A stretch of DNA of 49,225 nucleotides, counting the filler, from Catajapyx aquilonaris (taxonomy: Eukaryota): the NCBI GenBank assembly GCA_000934665.2. It is 3 parts of 3 records of this genome, joined end to end, with 100 filler letters (N's around TTAATTAATTAA, not from the genome) between each part and the next. Parts side by side here need not be neighbours in the genome. Positions count along the whole stretch, not along the records: positions 1 to 16,344 come from JYFJ02007228.1; positions 16,445 to 32,786 come from JYFJ02007229.1; 1 more part is not named here. One strand, given 5' to 3'. Every line of letters starts with the position of its first letter. Within the stretch, counting starts at the first letter, position 1. Below, one piece after another: positions 11,634 through 24,215 of the stretch. The notes beneath the pieces were generated by a model. That model ran no database searches and was not told where the DNA came from. It worked only from the letters and a program-made list of their open reading frames with translations. Made by a program: the position numbers and the translations under genes.

Positions 11634-14569
11634 ATTTAGTTAGTTAGTTAATTAATTTATTTACATATTTATTTATTGGCGTCGTCTTCCTATTTTTCTC
11701 TTCCGTCTAGCTCCCGTTTTTGTGTGGGAATCCCGTTCATTTGGGTGATTGGGAGTCACTGTAGTGTGCGCGCGCGCTTGTAATAATTGTTGGCGGCTGG
11801 AGGAACGGGATGATACAGTGCTGGCCGGAGGACGTTGCATCCAAATCCGCGGCCAAGTCTACATGCGGAATCCCCCCGCTAGCCGGCAGGACGGTAATAG
11901 TCCGCCTGGCGGTAGGTGGAGGCCTACCTGGCCGCGGGGGGAGGAATCCTCCCTGCCGAAATTTTTACTTGATATTTAAGGGGAGCGGGCCGGCCGCGGT
12001 CGGCGGGTCGGAGAGGCTTCCCTGCCCCGCGTGCAACCTGGCCGTGCGCTCGACTTGGAAATTTTCCGTCGAAGGGGCGTTCCCTGGTCCCGCGGGATGC
12101 GATGGCATCTCCGGCCGCCAATGGGGGGAATCGTCGGTGGTGCCGGGTGGGCGTGCATTGTGCAGCCAGGCCGTGCACTTTTTCGGTTGGCGGGGTGGAG
12201 ATGCATCGGCACCGGCCGAGGGGGGCACTTTTCCCCTGGTCGCACTCTATCGCCCCTACCCATGTAAAGTTCATTTTTCCTCTATAAGGGCAGGACCTGG
12301 TCGAGGAACCAGGTTGGGAAAATGCACGGAATGGATGGCGTTGAAGCCAAAACACACGTTTCGAGGACACATGGCGCGACGGACCCCCTCCTCCCTGGGG
12401 AGGTTGCCCCTGCCGCCGCGCCGTCCTACAGAAACTGCACACTCTGCTTGGCACGCAGAAATCAAACATGCGGGGGCCCGACCGAGGGCGGCCTATCCCA
12501 CGAAGCCTTCCTCTTGAAGCTGGTAGGGGTTGGTGGAGGAAGTCCGTTCCGGTCCCCCCGCGGAGGATACCTTGGTTTAATACCGCTGCGCCGGGGCCCT
12601 CTGGATGAACTGAAAAATAAGACTGGCACGGCACAACACTCTAGGGCTGGGGGCTCTCTCTTTCTTACGGAGCGGCCTGGGCTGTCGTTAGCCCCCATCA
12701 AATAACGTCCGCACGGATGAAGACCGAAGAGGCTCTCTTCTCCTGGTGTTATTGTTGCCGCTGTCTGTCCGAAGAATATATATATAAAAAAACACGGTAC
12801 TGCACACTGCACGCTGGGGGTCGTATTCTCTAATAGACGCGGGCGGACGAACAGGCATCGACCGTATTTATTTACCATCGATGACCCTTAGCCACCACCC
12901 GCACGGGAGAAACGCATCCCCTCCTGGTGTCCTGTTGGCGCCACCACCGGCTGTCCACTCTGCTTGGCACAGAGAAATCTAACATGCGGGGGCCCGACCG
13001 AGGGCGGTCTATCCCACGAAGCCTTCCTCTTGTAGCTGGTAGGGGATGGTGAAGTCCGTTCCGGTCCCCCCGCGGAGGATACCTTGGTTTAATACCGCTG
13101 AGCCGGGGCTCTCCGGAAGAACTCCAAAATAAGACTGGCACGGCACAACACTCCAGGGTTGGGGGCTCTCTCTTTCTTACGGAGCGGCCTGGGCTGTCGT
13201 TAGCCCCCATCAAATAACGTCAGCACGGATAAAGACCGTAGAGGCTCTCTTCTCCTGGTGTTGTTGTTGTTGCCGCTGTCTGTCCGAAGCGGGAGGAAAA
13301 TGCAAAATAATGCATAGAATATATGATAAAACACGGCACTGCACACTGCACGCAGGGGGGTCACACCCCCTCCGGGTGTCCTGTTGCCGACCGGCTGATC
13401 ACGCGGCGGGCACGCAAAGACACGACTGGCGGCTTGGTCCGCGCAGGCGGGGACCCGACCGGGCGGTCTCTCCCACGAAGCCTCTATACCCCCGGAGGGA
13501 GGAGGTGGACGGAAGTCCGTTTCGGCCCCCCTAGCCGACCAAACCGTCCGCTGCGGAACCTCCGGCCCACCAATAAAAGAAAGTGTGTGGACGCAAGGCG
13601 GGGTGTTGTCGTCTCGGACAAAGGCAGGCACTCTGCCCGAGCGCAGGCCTCCCGCCGAGTCGGGTGCCCCGGAGGAAGATGCAGGGACGGGCAGGAGTCG
13701 CCACGGCGCGGCTCTGATGGCCCTCCCGGGCCGCGTGTCGGGCGATGTTGCGTGCGCGAGAGGGGCGCGCAAAGTCCAGACGGCTAACCCGGAGGAACGG
13801 TCGTCGCGAGTGGGATCCGCGGTGGGCCAAATAATTTAAAAAATTACTAGACACGCAAGTCTCGGCCAGACTCCCCCTTCCCGAGCGAGAAGTTTCCAAT
13901 GCGAGGCTAAATGCCAGGGTAGCGGGTCAGGCGCCCGCTCCCCCCCCGCGTTCCGGGCTTGGCAAGCCCGGTCGTTGGTGGGGGAAGGTTCACAAAGGAG
14001 AAAAAGATCCGTTTCACGGAGAGCGAGGGGAAGACTATATGGACAAGCCCTCCGTGGACCGGGTCCCTCTGTAAGCGAGGTGGAAGCTTGGCACGCATCC
14101 ACCGACCACCGAAGCCCGGGGTGGTAGCTTGGCACGCATCCACCGACCACCGAAGCGGGGTGGTAGCTGGCACGCATCCACCACCGCGAGGCACAGCAGA
14201 GCTGGGCTGCTGCCGCGGCAAATGACATGCATGTATAGGGCAGCACCACCACCACGAGTGCTTGCTTGCTATATATGCAATGGAAAAAGTTTTTGAAAAA
14301 GGCGTCGTCCTGAACCGCGAGCCGTCGGACAGCAATCAAGGCGCAAATGACTGAAAGAGTGAGTAGGGGGGCCAAGCGCTGCACGCCTTTCTCACCACAC
14401 CCAACACACTCTCATGTAGAGGTGGCTCGTTGCGGTAGTGGCGGCCCCATGCAGTGAGCTTGGCCGGGAGAGAGAGAGAGAGGTGGTCCAATATAACAAA
14501 ATTGCATTGGAAATAAAATACACGCGCACTCTCACAAAATGTGGAGGCGCAATGTGTAAAGAAAATGGC
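11634..14569 (+). other. Putative rDNA distal IGS / 5' external transcribed spacer with an internal ~320-bp duplication
   Basis: GC-rich, non-coding, directly upstream of the 18S start. 12440-12770 is repeated at 12955-13285, with a partial third copy near 13440-13560. Confidence 0.6.
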
Positions 14570-15035
14570 TACATGGTTGATCCTGGCAGTAGTGATATGC
14601 TTGTCTCAAGGGCTAAGCCATGCACGTCTAAGAAGAAGCCCGCCTACGGCAGGCGAGACCGCAAATGGCTGCAAAAAACAGTCCCAGTTTACCGGATGGT
14701 CGTGGCCTAGTTGGATAACTGGTAATTCTAGAGCTAATACATGCACCCGAGCTCCGACCGTGCGGCGGCCGTCGAGAGCTTCGCGGCCCTCGGCCGGTCG
14801 CTGCGGGAGGAGCGGTTTTATTAGCTCAAAGCCGACCGGGCTTCAACCCTTCGTCCCCTCGCGGGGCGTTGGGGCGGCCCGTTTCCACTCGGCGAATCGA
14901 AAGAACCCGCAGATCGCGCTGCGTCTAGCGCGCCCGCGACGCGTCCTTCAAGCGTCTGCCTCATCCGCTTTCGACGGTAGGTTAGACGCCTACCATGGCG
15001 GCAACGGGTACCGGGGAATCGGGGACCCGGGGAAG
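14570..15035 (+). rRNA. 18S: 18S rRNA 5' fragment (divergent, truncated, probably a pseudogene)
   Basis: tacatggttgatcctggcagtagtgatatgcttgtctcaagggctaagccatgc matches the universal 18S 5' end. ggataactggtaattctagagctaatacatgc and cctaccatgg..acgggta.cggggaatc landmarks follow. Homology stops near 15035. Confidence 0.88.
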
Positions 15036-16344
15036 GGGATGCCGGGTTGCGGTGCACTACCCGATGCCGGGTTGCGGTGCACTCCATGATGCCGGGTTGC
15101 GGTGCTACCAACGATGCCGGGTTGCGGTGCCACCAACGATGCCGGGTTGCGGTGCACTGCTTGATGCCGGGTAGGGTTGCGGTGCACTCATGGGTGCCGG
15201 GTTGTGGTGCCCCGCCGATGCTGGGTCGAGGTGTCGCGCTGTCGGCGGGAGGGAGCAAGACCCTGCCGGGATGCGGTGCCCCGCCGAGTGTTGCACACAT
15301 TGTGACGGCGGGTGGGTTGGAGTCACCGGTGCCGGGATGCGGTGCCCCTTCTAGGCCGGGATGCGGTGCTGGCCGACGGCGGGAAGAAGCAACACCAGGG
15401 GCCCCTCAATCCGCCCCCAATAGGCTAAATCCGCAACCAGAGGTAGGTTAGGGTGGGTTATGCTGGGTTAGTTCCAGGAAAGGAATTGAAAAAAAAAGAG
15501 GGGGAAAAAGGGGTGAAGGTAGGAACAGTGCATGGCTGCGGTGCCCACCAGAGGCAAGGCACGGGGCCCCTTGATGCCAGGATACGGTGCCCCATCGATG
15601 CCGGGATGTGGTGCCACTTACTGGAGCCACCCTCAGGGGGTGGACAAGAGAATACCGGGATGCGGTGCTCCATCGATGCCGGGTTGTGGTGCCGCGTACA
15701 CATTGTGCGACGGCGGGTGGGTTGGCGTCATCGATGCCGGGATGCGGTGCTGGCCAAAGGGTGGGGCATGTCACCTTCGGGAGCCCTTTGGCGTAGCAGG
15801 GCCAGTGCCTCCGACGTACAATTAGGTTAGTTTTTCTCGGAACAAGTCGGTTACTGCTCCGGCCGGGCTCTCGGGAGGGCCGTGCAGAACAGCGAACGCC
15901 TGCCGGGAAAAAAAGCACTCGCACAGGGCGATAGAGTAACTACCCAAAACCAGATTGCATTTGTATAGAGAGTTTATTGGTTCCTCATCAAGAAATAAAA
16001 CGCACACACTTAAGGGGATGCCGGGTTGCGGTGCTACCAACGATGCCGAGTTGCGGTGCACTACCCGATGCCGGGTTGCGGTGCACAACATGATGCAGGG
16101 TCGGGTTGCGGTGCACTCATTGGTGCCGGGATGCGGTGCCCCATCTAGGCCGGGATGCGGTGCCACTTACTGGAGCCACCCTCAGGGGGTGGACAAGGGA
16201 ATACCGGGATGCGGTGCTCCATCGATGCCGGGTTGTGGTGCCGCGTGCACATTGTGCGACGGCGGGTGGGTTGGAGTCATCGATGCCGGGATGCGGTGCT
16301 GGCCAAAGCGTGGGGCATGTCACGTTCGGGAGCCCTTTGCCGTA
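15036..16344 (+). repeat. Tandem GATGCCGGGWTGCGGTGC subrepeat array with a ~215-bp higher-order duplication (IGS-like)
   Basis: Many ~21-26-bp units; 15580-15795 recurs at 16129-16344. Confidence 0.8.
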
Positions 16345-16444
16345 NNNNNNNNNNNNNNNNNNNNNNNNNNNNNNNNNNNNNNNNNNNNTTAATTAATTAA
16401 NNNNNNNNNNNNNNNNNNNNNNNNNNNNNNNNNNNNNNNNNNNN
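16345..16444. other. Artificial contig linker (N44-TTAATTAATTAA-N44)
   Basis: Six-frame stop linker flanked by 44 Ns on each side. Confidence 0.98.
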
Positions 16445-16599
16445 CATGCTGAGCTACAAGACTCCTGAGTTTGAGTGTTAATTGGAGTCGTGCATGAAAG
16501 TATAGTACGATAAAAATCCCTGGACAGTATAAAAGACAGTATAAATGCCCCCGAATCATGGTGTAAGTGACATGGGTTACAATAATCACTTACAACATT

Positions 16600-16675
16600 A
16601 TTCGGGGCGACCCTTCAAATATAAGTGAAATGTTTTTATAAACAAAGTCCGGGAACCTTTCGATCACACCTCGTA
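16600..16675. mobile_element. Short mariner/Tc1-type terminal remnant
   Basis: gggaacctttcgatcacacctcgta is the reverse complement of a TA-CGAGGTGTGATC-type mariner end. Confidence 0.4.
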
Positions 16676-19600
16676 CCCCTTTCTTTTTGCCTCTCCAATG
16701 CACTTATCTAGGACAGCTCTTACTTCCCTTCTTGCTGTAACTATACGACATTTGCTTTTTCTTCCATTCCACTACTCATTTTAACAGCCGGGAAACAATA
16801 GTTACAGTGGCATCCAAGCTGAAACGTGCTTGGAAACGTGACTTACACGACAAAAATTATATGGCCATAACAATGTTCAGACAAAAATTACCTCAAAATT
16901 ATTACTATTATTTGAAGGTACTCCTCTGTAGTGAGGAGGTAATTAATATCAACTTTTAGATTTTGGTACTACAGCTAGAAATTTTAAAGAAGGTCCAAAA
17001 ATCGTGACTTACACGACACACAATGATGGTATTTAAACTTGCTAATTTTTGTGCTGAATAAGTCATTGCAATGGAAAGATAAATAGGCTATAAATTAGAG
17101 TACATTCATCCAGTTCTTATGTGATAGAAATCACAGTTTACTGAATGAAAAACAGTAGCTTACTTGTTGAATTATGAAATTTTTTTACTGAGCCTTAGAA
17201 CAAAGAAATTTGCACACACGCCATATTGGAAATAACCAGTGTTGTTAACCTGAATGTATGTGACAATTTATTCTCTAATATATGTTCAAAATGGAAAAAA
17301 TACACAATCTCAGCTTTCAGAAAAGACCATAATATCATAGAAATTATTTATTTTAAAATCTGACTCTGATGTATACTTTTGCATGGAATTTGCCAGAAGT
17401 ATTAAACATCATTCTCCTGCACAATTCTAGTGTTACAGATGGCCTACTGACAGTGAGTCTTAAATGGCCCAACACGGCAAGTCCTTCTGAAGCCATTTTA
17501 AATTCAAAGAATTGCAAATTCTTTATTTTCAGGTTCAGGTTTTCACAATCCAGCAAATAGGGTAAAAAGGAGTGTCACGCAGCTGTCTAATATTAATATA
17601 TAGGAATAACTTGCACTAAAGGCTATCGTGGTACACAGCATAATCAACAGTACAGAATAGGGTCCTTTTCCGCAAATAAATTAAACACGTACATATTATA
17701 ACCGCAATACAATCTACTGTGTAATCTACGAAATGAATTAAGAGGTTCTAATAATTCTACGTGGAAAAGTGTGCTCTTTAATGGAGACTCGATAGATTGA
17801 GATGATGTAACAGAAACAGAGGCAACTCTACCGGACATGGAATTTTTAAACAGCTTTGCATCTTTGAATATACTGTATATCACCTCTGGTTAGACTATCC
17901 CCGTCATGTGTGATAGCTTTCTGCTAATGTGCAGATCATAGTGTATAATGTAGACTATTGTGAGAGCTATCACAAGTAAACTAACCTAACCTTTTCCACC
18001 ATGTGAAATGCATATTTCAGTAATTTACAGGCTTATTGCATTTTTTGCAGAAGTATTGATAAGTAGATATGCATAACTTTGCCACCTTATTGTCGTCATC
18101 ACTGGGAAATGGTTGCGACAAAGCCAAAACTGGTACACTACACCAGGTAATGCCAGTGCATCTATATTGCCTCTTCCACAATTTGTCATATCATCTTTCA
18201 TTCCCAGGCCATGACCTAGCCAAAGTGGGGAAATATGTCAGACTAACTTCAGGCCCCACCTTTCCTTAAACACCTTTTTTCTTTCACATGGGTAAACTGA
18301 ACATGCCATTAGATTGTATGTGTCGTATATCTGCCTCTCACGCATCAAGCCCCTCACGCATCGACGTTTTCATAAAACTCCATATTTGCCCAAAACGACT
18401 TGTACTGTACTGTACATCTGCAACGACGCACCACTACCCTTGTACCAAACAACATACAGACGCCTACGTTCCATCAACAGTTGACATTTCTTGGAATTTA
18501 CGGTGGCTTGGATTTACGAGCGGAGTGAACTCCAAGAATGAGAAAATCGATCCATAAGTTCCTCTCTCCCACGCCGATTGGAGCCATATTGGCGGAGCTT
18601 AGGGATGGGATTCCTGTATCTGTTTAGTGTATAGTTGGCTAAAGGTATATAGCTCCGCTATAGTAAAAAATAAAAATGCTTTCACACGCACCCCTCCAAT
18701 CACTCTCTTCTCTTTTCCCAGGCATAACAAGGTAACCTACATGACACACGACGCAGCAGAAAAGCACGATAAACTTATGCAGATACCAGAATCATTTCTG
18801 TACTTGTTTCAAAATTGCACCTTATTGACGTTAATACCTTCTCTCAGATAACGATGATGAAGTTACTTAAATCAATTAATAATGCATGTGTGTAATCCAT
18901 GTAGAGTACTAGTAGCCTATTATCTTGGAATACACGAAGAGTTGCCAAATGAGTGTCATATAGTGTATTTCAAATATGGTATTGGGTATTCCTGCTTCCA
19001 TCTGTGACTTTCAACTTGACTTCAAAAACCAAGGAAAATTCACTCAGACATACCGGTAAGCTGAGCAAACTCTACTTCTAGGTTCCAGGAACGTATGCAT
19101 CCAACACATTCTCCTTTTGATCGCCGTATCCTGCACTGACGAAAAATCACTATCGCTTCATCACTTTCAGAGCGTCGTAAGTGCTTTTTAATTGGAAGAA
19201 TTGCTCTTTTGCAAATTCCAAGACTCGATTGTGAGGGTAACTTGATGAACCCTGTCGTGGCAAGGACGTGACAAATGTAATTTTATGTTCTTTTTCCCCA
19301 CTATCGTAAGAATTTTTGGCAAATTTTTATTTTGGGATTTTTTTAACAATTAAGCGCTTCACTTGTGACATTCACTGATGTAAGGACTCTTAGAAGGGTC
19401 ATTTCATGTCAATTCACCGAGTCCCCCTGACCCTTGGGTTGTCAGATCGCAACGCTTTGGTAATTACTGATCACTTCAAGAGCCCTTGGTGTTCTGGGTA
19501 CCGTTACCCTGATTTTCAATAAATTGTTGACTGACCGTTGTCATGGATCATCAATTCAATAAACTCTGTTTCTATTCCAAGTTGGAATACAAAAGATTGC

Positions 19601-20055
19601 GCTAAGGTCGTACACAGGTTTTCTCACGTTTAAGAAGCCCAAAATGTCTGACGTCATCCTCTTGGCGGCTCTCTTTAACGTAAGTACAGGATTCTCTTGA
19701 TTATCTCGCGCAGTTTCAAGATACGAATGACCTAAATCCTCGGGAAAAACTAAGAATAAGAAAGGAACATGGCAATTGTTATTAGCCATGGGATACAAGA
19801 ATATTGAACAAAATTAGTTATTATAACAATAATAATGGCGTGCATCTGAGGAGCCAATGGAGGCACTCAGTCAAACTAAAAAAATGCATCTTGCTTATTC
19901 ATTAGGGTGGAGAGTGCAATGAGAAGTTATACCGTATAAACAGACATAATGATGTCCATCAGAAATGTTAGTTAAAACGTGTTTTCCCTCTGCACGTGAT
20001 ATTTGCAGTATCAATTTTAAAATCTGAATTTGATTTGTTTTTACCACTCTAACAG

Positions 20056-20379
20056 AAACTTGAGGAGCTAGATGTTCCCTGCCCCTCTGCCGCTCAGATC
20101 GACATAATAATGACTCACATCCTGACCATGCTGCTAGCCAGCCCCAACCCTTCGCTGTCCCTCAAACAATATGCAATTTTTTTGCACGCATTGGATGTCA
20201 TGAAGAAAAGTGCAGATACGGCTCAAGAGGCCGAGCCATTCTTGCGGTGGCACTTTTTTAGCTTTGTGACAGGTACGCCAAGCCTCATTAGCGTGTACAG
20301 GGAGGCCAGGTATTATGTCAACCAGGATGACAACGCCGATGTCAATTATGAACCGCCAAACAAGCGACGCAAGATTTAG
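20056..20379 (+). CDS. Possible terminal exon of an unknown small protein ending in an NLS-like PPNKRRKI; upstream exon looks degraded
   Basis: ctaacag acceptor at 20055, 107 open codons, AATAAA at 20411. No recognisable domain. Confidence 0.3.
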   Translation, partial: KLEELDVPCPSAAQIDIIMTHILTMLLASPNPSLSLKQYAIFLHALDVMKKSADTAQEAEPFLRWHFFSFVTGTPSLISVYREARYYVNQDDNADVNYEPPNKRRKI

Positions 20380-21294
20380 AGAGGAAAATTTATTGTGACG
20401 ACTTAATGTGAATAAAAATATCACATTCGTATTTTGCATTTTATTCGTATTATTCGTATTTTCGTATTATTCGTATTTTACATTTTATTATGTGATTGCA
20501 GCGAGGTTATTAGGCAATGTCTCTACTTAGTTTCTGAAGGTCATGAGCATTCAGTCCCAGTGCATGTGCTGCTGCGAAGATGTGGAGTTTTTAAAGGTTG
20601 AGGAGGCCAAAAGACTATAGATCTGTCCATCTTACCGATTGGTTTGAAAACCTCGGATACGCCTAACTTGACATCAGTCGAGTTAAAACGTGACACTCGC
20701 TTCAGTCCCGACCAAGCATCAAGATCTACGAGTGGCTATGCGCAGGCGAAACTGGAGCGTGTATTCTCCTAATCTAATTCCTTGCCTAATGCATTTGTGT
20801 TCAAAAATGTGTTTGATTTGCAATTATGCTCATTAAAAAGTTACAGCGTACTGTAATCGGGGTAATCATTTAAACACACCCTGTAGGCTACATTCATTGA
20901 AATGCACTAATATTTTATGGCCAAATCAAGTGAGTTTAGTGTATTTCATCTTGAACTACGATGCTTCCCTTTCGCCTTTCTTACTTTTCATTTACCCGGC
21001 ACTTTTCCAAACACATTCCTCTCACGATCAAAGGGAGGGCCCGATTTGTTTCATATTCTGCACGGTTGAGCTTTTGTATAAATATGCTGGCGGGAGATTG
21101 ACCTGGAGTTATGACTCACCCTGTATGCTGGTGTAAGTTTTTGGTATTATTTTGACTGTTGCGTTTTGACTCCGAGTCCTCTGAAGCTGTACAGTTGCTG
21201 GGAGTCAGCAGAGCAGATAGAAGCTGTCGCGACATGCAGCTGATGAGGTTATGTTGTCCAGTTATGTTGAAAGCATGAACTTAGAATACTCAGG

Positions 21295-21690
21295 TCTGAT
21301 CACTCTCACCTACCCCCTGCCCGCCGGGGCGTTTTGCAGAAGGTGCTCACTTGAGAGCGCCATGAGACCTTTCACTCCCCAGGTATGTGGCGACCCTACC
21401 GGACTACGCTGAACTTTATATACAAAAGGGAAGCACTACGTTGAGGGACCCAACATGGTCGCCGGCGGCCATTTTGGGCCCGCATGTAGCCCTCCCCTTC
21501 GTACGTATAAAGTTCAGCCTATAGTCCGGTAGGGTCGCCACTTATCGTGGCTCCGAAATGTCTCAGGGCGGTCTCAGGTGAGCACCCGCTGCAAAATGCC
21601 TCGGCAGGTGATAACGCCAGAACGTAGTATAAGTGTCCGTGGCCTGGGTGAGCTCCTCCTGCAGGCGATAAGATCAGAATGTAGTATAAG
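21295..21690. mobile_element. Diverged palindromic MITE
   Basis: 21320-21440 is an imperfect inverted copy of 21485-21610 (for example gtggcgaccctaccggacta / tagtccggtagggtcgccac). Confidence 0.65.
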
Positions 21691-22089
21691 TGTCCGCGGG
21701 CTGGTTGAAAGTGATTTTACTGTGTTGTGTGGTTAAATCCTGTTGATCTGACGAAAACCTTATTCTGTCATACGAGAGAGGAAATAAGTCTCTTGGATTT
21801 GATGGACCCCATTTCATTAGCCGTCTCATTCCAAATCAACAATACTTCTCATCTGACTTGGGGTATTCTTCTGTATCAGTTGAGTATTATTTGTGTCTGT
21901 GTGTTTATTTAAATATGGTTGGATGTCACGGCCATCATTGTCTATGCATTTTTCATAAACCGTTATATTATCCGGTTCATAAAACCAAGGAAAAGGGATT
22001 AATATTTATAATATCTCAGATGTTTGCAATCATGCCAGTATACATGGTTATCCAAAATACTTTTCAGATGGTATTTGATGGCACTAACA

Positions 22090-22898
22090 AGGGAATGACC
22101 AAGGGTCGTCCCCTCCGATTTGGCTGAACTTGATGTGTAAATAATATGTCATAAACACAGTAGTGAAAGTCCTAAACGGCAATGTTCAGTCGTTTCCGAG
22201 GTATGATCGAGAGAAACATCCGAATTTTGGCCGCGCGTGTATATACGGGTCGGGAGGGAAAGGGACAAGTGCAAGGCAAAAGGTGGTAGTGTCCCCCCGT
22301 CCCATTTTTTTCCGATCCCCTACAGGCCTACACCATCCCCCACCACATTTTTCGTTTTCCATTCTATCATTGCTCCTGTATTTATTATGCGACCAACTAA
22401 AAGCTGCTTTCTCGCCCTTCTGTCAACTGCGAATAAAGGTCATTTGTACCAAAAATTGAGTAATAGGAACTTCTTCAGACTTATCAATATGTATGATCAT
22501 AATATCTCCTGCCCAAACCGTTCCTATTACGCAATTTTTGGTACAAATGACCTTAATTCGCAGTTGACAGAAGCGCGAGAAAGCAGCTTTTAGATGGTCG
22601 CATAATAAATACCGTAGCAACGAAAGAATGGAAAACGAAAAATGTGGTGGGGGATGGTGTAGGCCTGATGGGAATCGGGAAAAAAACAGGGGACGGGGGG
22701 GACACTTCCACTTTTGGCCTTGGACTTGTCCCTTCCCCGCCCGACCCGTAGACATACCACGGCCAAAATTCAGATGTTTCTGTCGATCATACATCGGAAA
22801 CATTGCCGTTTATGTCTTTCACTTGTGTTTATGACATATTACTTACCCCTCAAGCGAGTTTCAGCTAAATCGGAGGGGACGACCCTTGGTCATTCCCT
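22090..22898. mobile_element. ~810-bp fully palindromic non-autonomous DNA transposon (AGGG...CCCT ends)
   Basis: agggaatgaccaagggtcgtcccctccgattt is inverted at 22867-22898; the arms align inward to about 22470/22520. Confidence 0.8.
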
Positions 22899-24158
22899 GG
22901 TAAGTTTCTAATTTTTCCCAGTTACTTTTACCTAATATACTTTTAGTGGTTAACAAAAGCATGAAGTAACTATGAAAAGATTCTGCTGAAATTAAGCAGC
23001 TTAGTGCCAACAAAAAGCCATAATAGTCGGACAAGTGTTTTTCATCACCCTGCACACTGGATAAAAATTGCACGATAGGCAATGTTGGATGTCGGGGGCA
23101 AAACTATCACTCCCGCAATTTCTTAAATATATTAATGCTCATGTAAACATAGCGTACTGATTTAAGTACTCTAATGTAACATTGCTCATTTTAGTACATT
23201 ATTGAATAATTCATTAATCAATTAGTACAGTATCTCTTGTACGTAATTAAAATGTTTGTAAACGGCTCCAGAATCACAGATATTTTTTGCATCATTCTGC
23301 AGCACTGGCATGCTTTAAGGCTCAGGTGATCTTGCCTATACATCATTTCAGGCGGATGCTGGTCTTCATCCGTGTATCGTTTGTCGGAAAAGTAGACCCA
23401 GAGGAGTCGGCTTTGCAGGATATGACTCGAGTTTCCTGATAAGTGGTTCCGAAGGCACGCTGCGCTGGGTGAAATCAACTGCAGTCGATTCCATTCTTGG
23501 ACCGTGCCAAGTGGAATTGGTGAACTTGCACTTCCTCAGGCGGGTGCAAAATAGAAGAACAAGCTACTTTCTTGCGCAGGCTCACTCCATAATAGTGAAG
23601 ATATAGGTCCTAGAATAATCTGCCCAACCGCGACGAAAACGTACGATGTCCTGCATAGATAGGTTCTAGATGGTTTGAAAATGTAAATATCCTGTAGGAT
23701 GAATGGAGTTGCTCATATAGCTGACGTCCATTCATGAGAAGAAATGCAGTGCTGAGCTGTACTCTGTTGCTGAACAAGTAGGAAGGCAAAGTTAGGCAGT
23801 CGTATGCAGTCATATTGTATTGCATTGTTTATTAAGAATCAGTAACTTGAATCCAAAGGAAACAAGTAATGTTCAGTTTAGACTACAAAGGCTACGTAGC
23901 TGCAGCCACTGGAGTCCGTCAATTCTCCGTGGCGCCTAGGAAGTTGTTTCCCCTCGTACGGAAGTTTGTCTTTGCATGTTACGGGTTGTTCCCTGTAGAA
24001 CGGATCCGGTATAGATGGCTATACTGTATGGACAGGCAAATATTGTTACCCGTGGCATCAGTTCATAATTATGATTACGTGTAGCTTACGTTTCATGACT
24101 GTACTGTACTGTATACAACCTACACATCATTAACTTGTGTGGAAAAATTACTCAAAAA

Positions 24159-24215
24159 TTTTACAACACAATGTCAGAATCTCAAAACTTGAGATTCTGA
24201 CATTGTGTTATAAAA
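24159..24215. repeat. Perfect 21-bp-stem hairpin
   Basis: aacacaatgtcagaatctcaa-aac-ttgagattctgacattgtgtt. Confidence 0.85.

Noticed and set aside
12283..12290. TATAAGGG as a possible RNA polymerase I start site
   Set aside because: Several similar words occur (near 11972 and 14234); none can be chosen without transcript data.
15036..15400. CRISPR-like appearance of the regularly spaced repeats
   Set aside because: Intervening sequences are only a few nt and themselves repeated; no cas genes; eukaryotic context.
11749..16344. Numerous 60-236-aa ORFs in the ETS-like, 18S and repeat region
   Set aside because: By-products of high GC content and tandem repeats; no domain signatures.
17644..18560. 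Possible degraded spliced transposon accessory gene (SWIM-like) on the minus strand
   Set aside because: Many stops and no complete motif could be reconstructed.
23218..23825. Minus-strand coding-like stretch
   Set aside because: Interrupted in all frames and no recognisable family.
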